Position numbers and translations under genes: made by a program. Positions 62,960 to 64,000 of a stretch of 64,000 bases of DNA are shown in pieces. A model generated the notes under the pieces. It saw nothing but the letters and a program-made list of their open reading frames with translations, searched no databases and was not told the origin of the DNA. Within the stretch, counting starts at the first letter, position 1. Each line of letters opens with the position of its first letter. This DNA comes from Rubrivivax sp. GTDB lineage: Bacteria; Pseudomonadota; Gammaproteobacteria; Burkholderiales; Burkholderiaceae_C. The stretch spans positions 3,266 to 67,265 of the forward strand of contig JAIXRN010000050.1 of NCBI GenBank assembly GCA_027485165.1, written 5' to 3'.

Positions 62960-63852
62960 CGGCCGCCGTGGCCACGCTGCGGCAGCCACCATCGCCCGCG
63001 CGCGCCTTCGCCACGGCCTTCGCTGCCAACCGCGGTGCACTGCTGGCCTTCGTGTTCTTCAGCGCCATCGTGCTGGCCGCGCTGCTGGCGCCCTGGCTGG
63101 CTCCGCACGACCCCATCCAGCAGTTCCGTGACCACCTGCTGACGCCGCCCGTGTGGCAGGCCGGCGGCCTGGCGCAGTTCCCGTTCGGCACCGACGAACT
63201 GGGCCGCTGCCTGCTGAGCCGGCTGCTGCACGGCGCGCGCATCAGCCTCTGGATTGGCCTGGCTGCCGTGCTGCTGGCACTGGTGCCTGGCGTGGTGCTG
63301 GGCCTGCTGGCGGCCTTCTTCCAGCGCTGGCTCTCGCCCGTGATCATGCGCACGATGGACATCCTGCTGGCCCTGCCCGGCCTGCTGCTGGCGATCTGCG
63401 TCATCACCATCCTGGGCCCGGGCCTGGTCAACACCGTCATCGCCATCGCGGTGGGTTCGCTGCCGGGCTATGTTCGGCTGGTGCGCGGCTCGGCCCTGGC
63501 CGAGCTGTCCAAGGACTACGTCACTGCCAGCCGCGTGGCTGGCGCCGGCACGCTACGGTTGATGTTCGACACCGTGCTGCCCAACTGCTTGGCCCCGCTG
63601 ATCGTCAACGCCACGCTGTCCTTCAGCAGCGCCATCCTGGAAACCGCCGCCCTGGGCTTCTTGGGCCTGGGCGTGCAGGCCCCTATCCCCGAATGGGGCA
63701 GCATGCTCAGCGCTGCGCGCGACTACATCGAACGCGCCCCCTGGGTGGTGACCATCCCCGGCCTGACCATCCTGTTCACCGTGCTGGCCATCAACCTGAT
63801 GGGGGACGGCCTGCGCGATGCGCTGGACCCGAAGCTGAGGGTGGCGGCGTGA
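62956..63852 (+). CDS. dppC: Dipeptide ABC permease DppC
   Basis: PFGTDELGR..LSRLLHGARISL, MRTMDILLALP, YVTASRVAGA, LGLGVQAPIPEWG and NLMGDGLRDALDP. Confidence 0.93.
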   Translation: MTAAVATLRQPPSPARAFATAFAANRGALLAFVFFSAIVLAALLAPWLAPHDPIQQFRDHLLTPPVWQAGGLAQFPFGTDELGRCLLSRLLHGARISLWIGLAAVLLALVPGVVLGLLAAFFQRWLSPVIMRTMDILLALPGLLLAICVITILGPGLVNTVIAIAVGSLPGYVRLVRGSALAELSKDYVTASRVAGAGTLRLMFDTVLPNCLAPLIVNATLSFSSAILETAALGFLGLGVQAPIPEWGSMLSAARDYIERAPWVVTIPGLTILFTVLAINLMGDGLRDALDPKLRVAA

Positions 63853-64000
63853 GAGGCACAGGGTCGTCCGCTGGGTTCCTGTCGGCGTGCCGACTTGGTC
63901 CCCGGGGCTACGTCAGTCGGGTAGCCCCCTCCGCTCATGTCCCCCGCCAGCGCCTTGCAGGCCAACAGTCCTGCAGGCCACTGCGCTGGCTCCTCCTTGA
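63853..64000. repeat. Multi-hairpin intergenic element, truncated by the window end
   Basis: GTCGGC-GT-GCCGAC (63881-63894), GGGGCTAC-N9-GTAGCCCC (63904-63928) and a nested GCCAGCGC/TGCAGG...CCTGCA/GCGCTGGC stem. Confidence 0.5.

Overview
GC-rich bacterial DNA, most consistent with a Burkholderiales betaproteobacterium (inferred from gene content and codon style, not tested). From left to right: (1) a nucleoside/nucleotide salvage operon (PNP 3' end, ushA, deoC, a secreted EEP nuclease/phosphatase, deoA with a 30-bp tandem insertion), then a Tat-type prolyl oligopeptidase and a GNAT; (2) a LacI-controlled sugar locus (two AACCGGTT palindromes, ABC transporter, GH63-like hydrolase, TonB receptor, AGE-family isomerase); (3) a MacAB-like ABC operon interrupted by a 263-bp inverted-repeat element; (4) tandem DUF3667-like genes, HAD, purB-pyrF, a multi-PAS hybrid kinase, chaA, cysB and a Nudix gene; (5) pntAB followed by two degenerate 3' ends of a different pntB that bracket a Fic gene and a short ORF resembling a collapsed Type III R-M mod/res fusion; (6) a GNAT-like gene plus flippase, a lower-GC PEP-CTERM gene, a wHTH-Ser/Thr kinase-TM-TPR regulator with 11-bp-periodic TCACG repeats, an M28 aminopeptidase and a BTAD-STAND-TPR regulator; (7) acyl-CoA ligase, amidase, rsmE, yidB, D-cysteine desulfhydrase, a lipoprotein hydrolase, an AmpG-like MFS, a TonB receptor and dppB-[fitAB toxin-antitoxin]-dppC. 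No rRNA, tRNA, CRISPR array, integrase or transposase was recognised. All family calls come from motifs read by eye and recalled family knowledge; no database searches were run.
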